NCBI GenBank assembly: GCA_965215195.1
Contig: CBDCDC010000001.1
Span: 160,001 to 224,000 of the forward strand
Length of the DNA stretch: 64,000 nt
Direction: 5' to 3'
Source: Candidatus Latescibacterota bacterium
GTDB lineage: Bacteria > Latescibacterota > UBA2968 > UBA8231
In this document: in pieces, positions 9,607-19,390 of the stretch
Layout: each line of letters opens with the position of its first letter
Position numbering within the stretch: position 1 is the stretch's first letter
Program-made: the position numbers and the translations under genes
The notes under the pieces: model-generated
What the model was told of the DNA's origin: nothing
What the model saw: only the letters and a program-made list of their open reading frames with translations
Database searches by the model: none

Positions 9607-9631
9607 ATCCAGTTTTTTCCTGAACCAGATG

Positions 9632-10174
9632 CTAAAACTGGGCAACCAGCAAAACGCCTAATGTTCTGGTCTGTGGCAATGGCGCGATCCGCATTCTCCG
9701 CTTCGCAGCGGGGGACGTCCCGTCCAACAGCAGGACATCGAGCAAATTGTAGCCGTAAATACCCACGGCTAAGACGCCAAATAGGCGGCGACGAATATGG
9801 GAGCTGTCCAGATCGGATTTTAAGTTACCGAGCCAGTGCCAGCTTTTTTCTGCTGCGTCAAAGGACCCCCCATTTTGCAGCGAAAGATAGCGTTCTTTTT
9901 CTAAGGCGAACAGATCGGCCTGCGTATTGTAATCGGCGTGCGAGGTGAGCCACCCCACTAGGGTGACGATACCGGTTGCCACCAATGCCGTGCCCTTGAT
10001 CCGCTGCCCGGCAGTTAGTTGTCCCAAACCTGGAAAGGCGACCGAAAGGGCGATGACCTGAGAATGGGATATATCATCTGTCCCTGCTTGGGCATGGAGG
10101 AGTTGGCTGGAGGCCAACATCAAGGTGCTACTCAAAATAATCAGGTGCCAGCGTTGTCTGAAGCGCATTTCCAT
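9632..10174 (-). CDS. DUF5683-like membrane protein
   Basis: Signal peptide, then ALSVAFPGLGQL..GQRIKG and YGYNLLD motifs; ends in a beta-strand-like LLVAQF. Confidence 0.55.
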   Translation of the reverse strand: MEMRFRQRWHLIILSSTLMLASSQLLHAQAGTDDISHSQVIALSVAFPGLGQLTAGQRIKGTALVATGIVTLVGWLTSHADYNTQADLFALEKERYLSLQNGGSFDAAEKSWHWLGNLKSDLDSSHIRRRLFGVLAVGIYGYNLLDVLLLDGTSPAAKRRMRIAPLPQTRTLGVLLVAQF

Positions 10175-10193
10175 TGTTATACGACCTTCTACT

Positions 10194-13100
10194 TCAGAGC
10201 CGGGTGGAGACGATCCAATCCCGATGGGATTGGGCAAATAGAAAGGCGTCCCTCGTGGCGCGTTTATCCTCGAACAACTGAATCACTCGGTCGTACGCTT
10301 CTACGGCCTGACGCCATTTTCCCAGCCCCTCCAAGCAGACGCCCATGTTGCTCAGTGCGCCGACTTCGCTCTCGGTGCCGGGATAATTGTCGATCACATC
10401 CTGAAAAATCTCCACGGCCTGCTGATAGTACTGGGTCTCCTTGGTCGCTTCGGCCGAGTCCATCAGGGCGATGCCTTGTTCGTAGCGTTCATACGCGATT
10501 GCCTCCCTGAGTTCGGCGACTAGTCGAGGCACCTGAGACGCCACCGCGGCCTTGGGAAAACGTTCCTGGACGAGTAAATACAACTGCATCGCCTCTTGGT
10601 AGGCACCGCGATTATACGCGTAATCCCCGAAGGTGAAATGGACTGAAGCGGCAAATTCGCTCTGGGGATAACGCTCTAGCAGCATGCGGAATGCCTGCAT
10701 GGCCTGTTCGGCGCGATTGAGCTCGAGAAGGCACCAAGCCATATTGTACTGGGAGTCGTCGGCCGAAGGCTCGTCCGGGAATTCGCCGAGGAGACGCTGG
10801 TAATAGACGATGGCTTCTGCGTACTGACCTTGTTGGTAAAAGCTCTCCGCTAGGCCAAAAAGAATATCGGGCAATTCGCGCGCAGCGGGGTAATCTGCTA
10901 ATAGCTGTTGAAAAATTACCTGTGCTTGCCCGAATTCACGCAGGCTATAGTACGCATTGGCTAAATAAAAAGAAACCAATAGGGCCTTCTCCGAACTCCG
11001 CTCTGTGCCCTTTAATTGGGTGAATGTCTCTACGGCGCGGTCGAGCTCTCCCTGAGAGAAATAGTGTGTGCCGAGGGTCAACTGCATATCCTCGGCAAAG
11101 TGGGAATTCGGATAGGTGCTCAGCGCTTGGTTAAAAATCTCAACAGCTTCTGCGTTTTGTTCCAAGCGCAACAATGCGTCCCCTAAAATGAAATAGGCTT
11201 TCTCTTTAATGCCATTCGATCCAGAGGTGCTTTCGTCGGCAAAGTCTAGGGCCAGCAGTTGCCGGGCTGTATGCACCGTCTGCGGATAGTTGTCTTGGTC
11301 ATAGTAGAGATCCATCATGCGATTGAGCAGGTCCGCCTTTTCCTTCGGGCCATCGGCTTGGGCGATCATTTCATCTAACACTTGGACCGCATCCCCGCCC
11401 CGGTTCTGTTTGATATAAGAAAACGCTAGCGCATTCCGGGCAAAGCGGACTTTTTCTGCATCCTCCACATTTTCAATGATCCAGTGCATATCTTGCTCGC
11501 CTTGCCGGTGGTCCTCCACGGCAAAGGCGGCATTGCTGCGACTCAAGTGGATGGCCTCTACCAGCTTGCTGTCTAGCGACAGTCCCAAAGCCTCGGTAAA
11601 ATGAGTAATCGCCCGCCGATATTCCTCCTGTCCGCTATAGGCCTGCCCCAGCAGATAGTGGTAGCTACCAAGCTGTTTCTCATCCTCCACTTGGTCAAAA
11701 GCCGCTTCGAGGGCGGCGATGGCCTCAGAGTACTTGCCCTGTGTTAAAAAGACATGCCCTCCGCCTAGGCGTGCTTGGACGAAATAAGGCGACGCCGGGG
11801 CGACCCGCAGGAAGGCGACGCCGGCCCGCTCGAGCGCCCCTTCGGCTTGGCGCGAAAGAGCCAAGCGCATCAGGGCTTCGTTTGTGAACTCACTGTTGCC
11901 ATAAGTGCGCAACAACTGCTCGGTGCGCTCGGCCGCGGCGGCGTACTGGCCCTGTGCAAATAGCAATTCGGCCAGTTGTATCAGTGCTCGTTGGGTATAG
12001 ACTTCTTCTGTGTCCTCGTGGATAATCGCTTCGTACGCGGCGCGGGCACGTGCTACCGATGAAGCGGTGGCTAATGCCTGATGAGCTAGGGCGCGGTTGA
12101 ATTGGGCGTCTAGGACATAGGCTTCAGCAGCGTTGTACAAAGTGTCGTACTGGGCAATGGCGTACTCTAACTGATCGGTGGCCCCTGATCGATTGCCCGC
12201 CTCCAGATATTGTTGCCCCAACTGTTGATGGCTGCTACCGATTCGGTAGCGCACGCGGTCTTGGCTAAAACCTGCCACCCGTGCGATATCGCCGTATCCT
12301 TGAAGATAAATTCGGTATTCCTGAATCGCCTGCTCGTAAAGTCCTTGACTAAACAGGCGTTCGGCCAGGGCATATTGGATGCGCGCTTTTAGGGTGCGGT
12401 CCTGTGATTGATCGATGGCTTCGCGATAGGTCCGCAGCGCCGCATCTAGGTTGCCCTGTTCCCGATACAGGTCGGCCATGCGCAAATAGGCTTCTTCTAC
12501 CAGACTGCGCTCGGTGCTGAACAGGTCAATAACGCGGCGATAGGCTTGGAGCCCCTCGTCGAAACTGCCCAATTGGGCGTAACAGGTTCCGACGCGAATC
12601 ATTGCCTTAGCAGCCAGTTCTAGGGCTGTCTCATCCACCAGACCAGCCATCTTTTCCCGCTTCATCTGCAACAGCTCATCTTCGCTGAGCGCTTCGATGC
12701 GCTGGCGCTCCACTAAGCGGCGGTAGTAGCCGATAGCCCGCAGACAATCTCCCTGTTCCCGATGACACTCGCCAATTTGAAAGAGGCTGCGATCAGACTG
12801 GTAGCCGGTAGAAAACCTCACTAGCAGGGCCTCAAAAGATTGGATGGCGCGGTCATAGTTTTTGGTCTCGTAGTGAGCCCATCCCGTATTGTAGTAGGCA
12901 TTTGCGATTTGGGGACTATTGGGATAGTTGGAGATCATCTCCGCGGATGCGGCGATCACGGCAGGGTAGGCTTTAGCCGTAAAGGAAAGATCGATGAGTC
13001 GGCTATGGGCCCGAATCCGGAGCACCTGACTGGTAGCTGTTGCGATCACGTGGCGGAACTCAGCCACGGCCCGGGCAAAGGCACTGTCTGATAGGGCTTG

Positions 13101-13436
13101 GTATTCGGCCCTTTTTTCTGCGGTAGAGGTATCTTCCGCAAAGCGGGTATAGTCCTGATAGAGCTTTGAATGGGCATTGCCGATTTGATAGAACGCAGCC
13201 TCCCCGAGAGGGAAACGTTCCTCACCGACCGTCACCTCTATATTCTGTACATCTAGGGCCTTGCTTCGCACCCGGGTAACGGCCGTGTATTCTGCAATAG
13301 CTTGGTCATAGGCACCTTCGGCGTAGAACCGCTGGGCTTCTTGAAATGAGGCCACCAGTTCTTCTGCGCTCGGCGTACGAGCGGCAAAGTATGCTCCGGT
13401 TATAGTGAGCAAGCCTACGATTAGGGTCAGATTCAT
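10194..13436 (-). CDS. Large periplasmic TPR protein (BamD/YbgF-like repeats)
   Basis: N-terminal signal/anchor followed by many TPRs (e.g. AYYNTGWAHYETKNYDRAIQSFEALL, LFGLAESFYQQGQYAEAIVYYQRLLGEFP). Confidence 0.85.
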   Translation of the reverse strand: MNLTLIVGLLTITGAYFAARTPSAEELVASFQEAQRFYAEGAYDQAIAEYTAVTRVRSKALDVQNIEVTVGEERFPLGEAAFYQIGNAHSKLYQDYTRFAEDTSTAEKRAEYQALSDSAFARAVAEFRHVIATATSQVLRIRAHSRLIDLSFTAKAYPAVIAASAEMISNYPNSPQIANAYYNTGWAHYETKNYDRAIQSFEALLVRFSTGYQSDRSLFQIGECHREQGDCLRAIGYYRRLVERQRIEALSEDELLQMKREKMAGLVDETALELAAKAMIRVGTCYAQLGSFDEGLQAYRRVIDLFSTERSLVEEAYLRMADLYREQGNLDAALRTYREAIDQSQDRTLKARIQYALAERLFSQGLYEQAIQEYRIYLQGYGDIARVAGFSQDRVRYRIGSSHQQLGQQYLEAGNRSGATDQLEYAIAQYDTLYNAAEAYVLDAQFNRALAHQALATASSVARARAAYEAIIHEDTEEVYTQRALIQLAELLFAQGQYAAAAERTEQLLRTYGNSEFTNEALMRLALSRQAEGALERAGVAFLRVAPASPYFVQARLGGGHVFLTQGKYSEAIAALEAAFDQVEDEKQLGSYHYLLGQAYSGQEEYRRAITHFTEALGLSLDSKLVEAIHLSRSNAAFAVEDHRQGEQDMHWIIENVEDAEKVRFARNALAFSYIKQNRGGDAVQVLDEMIAQADGPKEKADLLNRMMDLYYDQDNYPQTVHTARQLLALDFADESTSGSNGIKEKAYFILGDALLRLEQNAEAVEIFNQALSTYPNSHFAEDMQLTLGTHYFSQGELDRAVETFTQLKGTERSSEKALLVSFYLANAYYSLREFGQAQVIFQQLLADYPAARELPDILFGLAESFYQQGQYAEAIVYYQRLLGEFPDEPSADDSQYNMAWCLLELNRAEQAMQAFRMLLERYPQSEFAASVHFTFGDYAYNRGAYQEAMQLYLLVQERFPKAAVASQVPRLVAELREAIAYERYEQGIALMDSAEATKETQYYQQAVEIFQDVIDNYPGTESEVGALSNMGVCLEGLGKWRQAVEAYDRVIQLFEDKRATRDAFLFAQSHRDWIVSTRL

Positions 13437-13461
13437 AGCGCGTTCTCTCCCGAACTACCGA

Positions 13462-16400
13462 TCAGGTTTCATCTACGAATCCTAGGATCACATTAATAAA
13501 AGCGGAGGTAAAATCTTCGTTCTTTGTCTCACCTAGGGTCGGATCGTCGAGTTCCTTGAGGCGGCGACCAATGCCTGCGTTAGTGGAAATGATGTAACCG
13601 AAGTATTGGGAATTGTTCGTCATCATCAACACTGCGTCGTACTGTGCAAAATCGTTTATCGGCTGTATTTCGTCGGTCACCGAATAAGGCAAAGCCATGC
13701 CGATTCCTTGAATACCGAGCTGAAAACGCGTCCTCAGCGTAAGTTCGTACTGTAGTTTCAACATTGGGACGATATGGCGTTCCTGTGCCGTGGTCAGGTC
13801 ATCCGTTTTTTGCCACTCTTTCAGATAGCGAAACTTAAAACCGGAAAACAGACTGAGCCGGGGTCTTATCTGCCACAGGTAATCCGCCTTGTGGACCATG
13901 GTCAGACGCGACAAGCGGTTACCTTTCTGGAAGGTGCCGTCGTAGAGTTCGCCTTCGTGCTGAGAATTGATCTCGTACTTGACTTTGTTGTGGACCTTCA
14001 GGTTTTGCACGGCTTTCCAGCGGGCATCGACGAACATCCGCGTGAAGGTACTGTTCTTGAACAGCAGTGGATCGTCGCGCGGTTCCTCTAGGAAAGGGGA
14101 GATCTGTATATTGCGCTGCAGGCCGGCAAATTCGCGCTCGAGTTGCTGGGCAGGGGTGAGTACTTCATCGCTGTAGATGCTCAGGGGGTCGGCCACGCCA
14201 TCTTCCACCCGTTCTACCGACAGCACACCAAAGAATTGCCCTAGGGCAGGTATCTGTCGCTCGTATCCCAGATTGCCGTAGTAAAAATCGCTGGGATCAT
14301 TGGCCGCGATTTGCTCCGCGTCCATGACCCCCAATGTTATACGCGCCCTGCGCAGAGGCTTGAAGGTCCCGTACAGGTGGCGGCCCCGCAGCCCGGGATC
14401 GTAGGGGAGGTCCGGCTGGATATCGTTTTCGCGTACGTCGATAAAGTCGTTGTGGTTGAGATCGAGGCCGTAGTCGTAGATCTGGGGATCGGAATCGTAC
14501 ATGAGGAACGGCTCGAGGTAATCCGGCGTGCCATTGAAATTTCTGTTGGTATCGGGTATGCCGTCCCGGTCCTCATCAAGGCCGGGAAAGATGCCGTCGA
14601 TGTCGGATTGCCCTTGGAATATGGTCGGCCTATTGGTGTACCAACTGTCTGGATAGCGGTCGTTGTCGTCGTTGTCCTCGACCAAGCGGTGTAGGTACAC
14701 ATTATTGTAGGCGACCAAGCTGCCGAAGTTGTTTTCACTACGGCCTATATAGGTACGCAACTCCGTGTTGTAGAGTGAGCCCATGGAGAACAACTCGGCA
14801 CCCAAGCCCAAACGGTCGAAGTCGCGTTTAATCGTCAGGTAATAGGCATTGTCGGCGATGGTGGACCGGGCACCCGGAAACTGTTCGCGGTTAAGGGCAT
14901 TGACACTGAGTGCTTCGGAGGGTACGCGCGGGGCGGGCAGGCCGCTGGCATATTGGTAGAAACTGTTGCTGCGGCTGAACTCGCCGTTTATTTCAAAACC
15001 CTTTAGAACGCCGTACACATTGGCGCTATAGATGCTCAAGCCGGTAGGGGCACCCACCGTGACGCGCACGGTCCGCACCCGGCCGTTTTGCGGATTGCCC
15101 GGTGCCGTGGCTACAGTGCGGAAAAAAGTCGCATAATTGTAGCGGTCCCTATAGTTGGGATTGGGCGCATCCCCGGCCTCGCCTGATAGGTCGATCTCGG
15201 ACACTTCGACATGGTAGTCATTGGCCAACGCCAGTTCGATATTCACCGAAGTGATCTGTTCTTGGAACGGTTCCAGATCGACATAGAGGATGCCGTACTC
15301 ATCGCCATCGAACGCCTGCGGCAGATCCGCCAGCGTATGCAGCCCTAAAAACTGGCCTGTTGGATTGCGCGTGGGGTCGAATTCGCTCAGTTCGTGGGCG
15401 AATTCGGAGTTGACGCTGATCTCCTCGTCGGCGTTGAGCACGTGGTCGGCACCGTAGAGTTTGAAATCCCGATAAAATAGATGATCAATCCAGAAGGGGA
15501 ACTCGTACCCCCGATAGAATACATCGGTGTCAAAAGAGGCGTAGTTGATGTACGGATCGTAGGTATTCCATACTGCTCCCCGGTTGATTGCCTGATAATC
15601 ATTGTCCAGATCCGGCAAAGGCCGACGGTCGCCGCTGCGCAGCAGACCGGCCATATAGCTTTGACGCTCAGCACCACGTGCGCTCAAGCGGACAACGAAG
15701 GGTTCCGCTTCGGGCCTGTGAACGCCGTTGACGAACACCTTGACTCCATGCAGCATTGGACCCCCTCTGCCGTCCTGTGGTGACCCATCCGAAATGCGGA
15801 TGGCGACTAAGGCGGTTGAGCGTTGCACCGCACCCACTACGCCTTTAAGTGTCCGGTGTCCACTCTCCATGCGGGGTTCGAACTGGTGTGCGTTGATAAA
15901 GGTGGTGCCAAAATTGAGGAAGCCCAACTTGCGTTCGTAGTGCGTACCCAGCATCATGGTATTGACAATGAAAGTATTGTTGGGCACCAAGTTGGAGGCT
16001 ATGGCCGAGAACTTGTCCTGTTCTGTACCTACGTCGATTCTCAGGCCATCCACATTGGCCATTTTAAGTGTGAGCGGCGTGAACTTCGAGCGCAGCTCGT
16101 TGGCATAGATGGCCCGCGCCTGCCAAGCGTCGGTGCCGTCGGTGCCGACAATGACATAATTAAAAAGACTACCATAACTCGATCCAGGGGCTTGGCCATG
16201 AGAGAAACTCTCTTGCTGGGAACTGAAGCCACGCCGCACTCCCAACCCTTGGCGTTCCACCCAGCGGATGGACTCGGTTCCGTACAGGAGTGGATCGCCC
16301 AATGAATTGTAAAAGTTGCGCAGATTACTGGTCGTTGGAGGTTGTCTGGAGTAGTCTTCAAACCCGTAGTTCTGATAGTACTCCTGCCCGAACTGCCCCA

Positions 16401-16584
16401 TATAGGGCTGGTCCAAAAGCAGGCGCTGCGGACCCAGCCGGGGATGTTCGGGCGAGTCCTCAACCTCTTGGGCAAAAGCACCGGCATACAAGAATAACAG
16501 CAGCGCCTGCCCGCAGGCACCTACCAAGAGTATCTTTATCGCATTTAAGATATTTCTAAGCACCTTAAACATTATTTTGAGCAT
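13462..16584 (-). CDS. Large exported, putative outer-membrane protein, paralog C
   Basis: Signal-like N-terminus; shared blocks LRSKFTPLTL...GLRID, VEDNDDNDRYPD, GIFPGLDEDRDGIPD, RENDIQPDLPYD; amphipathic C-terminal strands. Start uncertain (ATG 16584). Confidence 0.75.
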   Translation of the reverse strand: MLKIMFKVLRNILNAIKILLVGACGQALLLFLYAGAFAQEVEDSPEHPRLGPQRLLLDQPYMGQFGQEYYQNYGFEDYSRQPPTTSNLRNFYNSLGDPLLYGTESIRWVERQGLGVRRGFSSQQESFSHGQAPGSSYGSLFNYVIVGTDGTDAWQARAIYANELRSKFTPLTLKMANVDGLRIDVGTEQDKFSAIASNLVPNNTFIVNTMMLGTHYERKLGFLNFGTTFINAHQFEPRMESGHRTLKGVVGAVQRSTALVAIRISDGSPQDGRGGPMLHGVKVFVNGVHRPEAEPFVVRLSARGAERQSYMAGLLRSGDRRPLPDLDNDYQAINRGAVWNTYDPYINYASFDTDVFYRGYEFPFWIDHLFYRDFKLYGADHVLNADEEISVNSEFAHELSEFDPTRNPTGQFLGLHTLADLPQAFDGDEYGILYVDLEPFQEQITSVNIELALANDYHVEVSEIDLSGEAGDAPNPNYRDRYNYATFFRTVATAPGNPQNGRVRTVRVTVGAPTGLSIYSANVYGVLKGFEINGEFSRSNSFYQYASGLPAPRVPSEALSVNALNREQFPGARSTIADNAYYLTIKRDFDRLGLGAELFSMGSLYNTELRTYIGRSENNFGSLVAYNNVYLHRLVEDNDDNDRYPDSWYTNRPTIFQGQSDIDGIFPGLDEDRDGIPDTNRNFNGTPDYLEPFLMYDSDPQIYDYGLDLNHNDFIDVRENDIQPDLPYDPGLRGRHLYGTFKPLRRARITLGVMDAEQIAANDPSDFYYGNLGYERQIPALGQFFGVLSVERVEDGVADPLSIYSDEVLTPAQQLEREFAGLQRNIQISPFLEEPRDDPLLFKNSTFTRMFVDARWKAVQNLKVHNKVKYEINSQHEGELYDGTFQKGNRLSRLTMVHKADYLWQIRPRLSLFSGFKFRYLKEWQKTDDLTTAQERHIVPMLKLQYELTLRTRFQLGIQGIGMALPYSVTDEIQPINDFAQYDAVLMMTNNSQYFGYIISTNAGIGRRLKELDDPTLGETKNEDFTSAFINVILGFVDET

Positions 16585-16585
16585 C

Positions 16586-19375
16586 TCAATACAAAGGTCG
16601 CAGCCCGACAATCAAGCGCAGAAACAGCCGCGAGAAATCGATGCCTTGGGCACTGCGCTTCTGGTCTAGGAATGTCCGTACGCGTTTCTCATATCCTAGG
16701 TTGAGATTGAGCTGATAACCGACGTAGGTGGAATTGTTGCTCAACAGCACCAGATACACTGCGGAATCGAAATCCGCTTCTGGCGTCAATTCATTGCGGT
16801 ACTTGCTTGTGAAAAACGAAAAGCCTTGGGCCCCCAGTTTTATCGTCGTGCGGGCGGAAAGCGGATATTCCAGCCGCAAAATGGGATAGAGAAAATTCTC
16901 GTGAATCGGCAAGAGCGCGTTTGCGTCATCTTGCAAGCGTTGCCGCAGCCACTTGAACTGGGGAATTATCTGTAGTTTGCGCCACGGATTCCACTGATAG
17001 TCGGCTTTGCAGACCGTGGCCAGATCGGATATCCTGTTGTCCGGTTGCCGGGAAGTGCTTTGCTGAAAATTATTTTCGTATTTGAGTGTTAGTTCTACGT
17101 TCAGGTTAGGGATGCGGATCAAACGGGTCCGAATAAAAAACGTATTCACCCAGCTATCTTGCATCAGCAGCGGATCCTGTAGTAATTCGGCATCGCCCAG
17201 TGGGTTGAAAATTTCCTCGTCCGTCAGCGCTACAATGGGAATCACGTCGGGCTCGAAGTAGATAGGGTTACGCCTGAGGCCGAACACGTCATCGGCAATG
17301 TCATCCTGTACGCGTTTGAGCCGTTCTACTGTGTACAGATCCACCAGAAAGGGAATGCGACGCCGGTACTCGAGCTTGCCATAGGTGGATGTTGCCTGCC
17401 CCCCCCCGAAAGGCGCCCAAGTATTGTGATGGCCCAGCGTCACAGACATGGCTCTGATGAGAAAAAGGGTTGTGAAACCGTGGAAGCCGCGGCGGTCCGC
17501 ATCATACGGATAGTCCGGCTTTTCGTCATTCTCGCGCTCGTCGATCTTGCCGTTGTTATTGGTATCGTCTCCCCATTCGAAGGCGTCGGGATTGACTTTA
17601 TAGAGGAGGAAAGGCTCAAAGTAATCGGGGATCTGGTTGTTGTTCTCATTAATATCTGGACGGCCGTTCAAATCAGCGTCCAATCCCGGGAACACCCCAT
17701 CGGGATCTTCGATAAAGCGCCCCCCGGTCGCTAGATTTGTGGTCCGGCGGAGAAAGTACGAATCGGGAAACGGGTCCTTATCGTCGTTGTCGTCCACGGT
17801 ATTGAATTCGATTGTATAGGTCTGATCCGCTATGTTCGAGCCAATGAATGTGGGCAGGCGCGGTTCGTGATAGTTATTGGGGAATTGAAAAGGGCTGGTG
17901 AGAAAACCGGAATAACTCCTGAAGTCATCGTCCTGTACCGTTAGGGCGGTTGAGTAGCGGCTATCTACGTTAAACACCTCGCCACCGATAGTGAACCTGT
18001 CCCAAGCCCGGCGCAAAACGACAAACCAAGCTTGGCTTTGGTCTGATAAGGGATGGTTTTTGGTGCTGACTAGGGACGGATAGGCCCGGTGCGAGAAATT
18101 GCGCACGTATTCGGTATTCAGGGAGAAGCCCCGAATGTCCAAGTTGAGATGGGCGCTGGCAAGAGTGCGGCCTGTTTGGCGACCATAGTCCACCCGCACC
18201 CGTTTGAAGTCGTTTAGATTAGCCGGCCTACCGCGCGACTGGGCTGCGGTGTAGAAATAGGTCGCCGGATTCCTCGAGAGGCCGTCAAAAACTTCGGATA
18301 GCTCGATCGCGTAGTCGCCGGCCACGTCTAGGCTGGCGTATGTCTTGGTGACGATGACAGTGTCGCCGTTGTCCGCAAAAAAAGCCGGCACCTTGAACCA
18401 GAACAGCAAACTGCCTCGGCCTCGGGTTTGGTAGAAGCCCCGCGGTGTCGGTTCGACGTGGGGGTGATCGATGATAAGATCGTTACTAGTGTCGCGCGTT
18501 ATGGGCGGAATGATGGTCCGATCTTCGTGCTCCGTAACCGTCAGCGTCAGCGTTTCGGTGTCCAGCTTGTCGTAAGGACCCAACACGTGGGTAAACTGGC
18601 GTCCGTTGAGCGTTAGCACTGGTGCTGCCACCCGGACGCCGACATTATCTTCGGGCACCTGATCCGATACGCGCACCACTATCCACTCCGGCGGTTTGCC
18701 CGTAGTGGGTAGGGTACCTTTGAAGCTGTTTTCGCTAAGCTCCTTAAAACTGTCCGTGCGGTATTGGTTGACCCAGCTCAAGCCCATGTCCAGACCAGGT
18801 AATTGGGTGCGCACATCTCCCGACATTAGGTATGTACTCCAACGCGGCCGGAATTCAGAGCCTTCCGTGCCGTGAATTCTATGGTCGGCGTTGAGCACGG
18901 ATTCAAAAATAGGTTTATCCACTCGCGAGGTGGCTAGCACCACCGAGCCACCCTTGAAATGAGTGTCCAAACGGATCCCGTTCATCGCCGCTAGGTCCAA
19001 GGTCAGCGAAGTGTACTTGGTGCGGATCCGGTCGCCAATAATCAACTGTGAATTGGCACCTTTATACGAGTCGTTGGCTATCACTAGGCGATTGAGGTAG
19101 GCCTCATAGAGCCTCGGTTTGGCAATGATACTTCCGGCCGCCGGCCGGATGGTGCGGAACTCCTGTAGCTGAAACACGGTCGCCCCATTCAGCACGAACT
19201 GGCCCAAGGGGTCGAATTGGGGCGTGCGGTCCCGGCCGAAGATAAGGTTCTCGTAGCTGCGGTAACTTTCGTACGCATAGTTGATATAAGGCTCGCCGGG
19301 TCTGAATAATAGCTGTGCCTCGGCAGCGGCAGACCATATCACTCCTGCGAGGACCAATGTAGCCGACAATCTCAT
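16586..19375 (-). CDS. Large exported, putative outer-membrane protein, paralog B
   Basis: Signal peptide (..AAAEA/Q); IIGDRIRTKYTSLTL...GIRLD, VDDNDDKDPFPD, GVFPGLDADLNGRPD, RENDEKPDYPYD; amphipathic C-terminal strands. Confidence 0.8.
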   Translation of the reverse strand: MRLSATLVLAGVIWSAAAEAQLLFRPGEPYINYAYESYRSYENLIFGRDRTPQFDPLGQFVLNGATVFQLQEFRTIRPAAGSIIAKPRLYEAYLNRLVIANDSYKGANSQLIIGDRIRTKYTSLTLDLAAMNGIRLDTHFKGGSVVLATSRVDKPIFESVLNADHRIHGTEGSEFRPRWSTYLMSGDVRTQLPGLDMGLSWVNQYRTDSFKELSENSFKGTLPTTGKPPEWIVVRVSDQVPEDNVGVRVAAPVLTLNGRQFTHVLGPYDKLDTETLTLTVTEHEDRTIIPPITRDTSNDLIIDHPHVEPTPRGFYQTRGRGSLLFWFKVPAFFADNGDTVIVTKTYASLDVAGDYAIELSEVFDGLSRNPATYFYTAAQSRGRPANLNDFKRVRVDYGRQTGRTLASAHLNLDIRGFSLNTEYVRNFSHRAYPSLVSTKNHPLSDQSQAWFVVLRRAWDRFTIGGEVFNVDSRYSTALTVQDDDFRSYSGFLTSPFQFPNNYHEPRLPTFIGSNIADQTYTIEFNTVDDNDDKDPFPDSYFLRRTTNLATGGRFIEDPDGVFPGLDADLNGRPDINENNNQIPDYFEPFLLYKVNPDAFEWGDDTNNNGKIDERENDEKPDYPYDADRRGFHGFTTLFLIRAMSVTLGHHNTWAPFGGGQATSTYGKLEYRRRIPFLVDLYTVERLKRVQDDIADDVFGLRRNPIYFEPDVIPIVALTDEEIFNPLGDAELLQDPLLMQDSWVNTFFIRTRLIRIPNLNVELTLKYENNFQQSTSRQPDNRISDLATVCKADYQWNPWRKLQIIPQFKWLRQRLQDDANALLPIHENFLYPILRLEYPLSARTTIKLGAQGFSFFTSKYRNELTPEADFDSAVYLVLLSNNSTYVGYQLNLNLGYEKRVRTFLDQKRSAQGIDFSRLFLRLIVGLRPLY

Positions 19376-19390
19376 GTGATTCCACCCGTA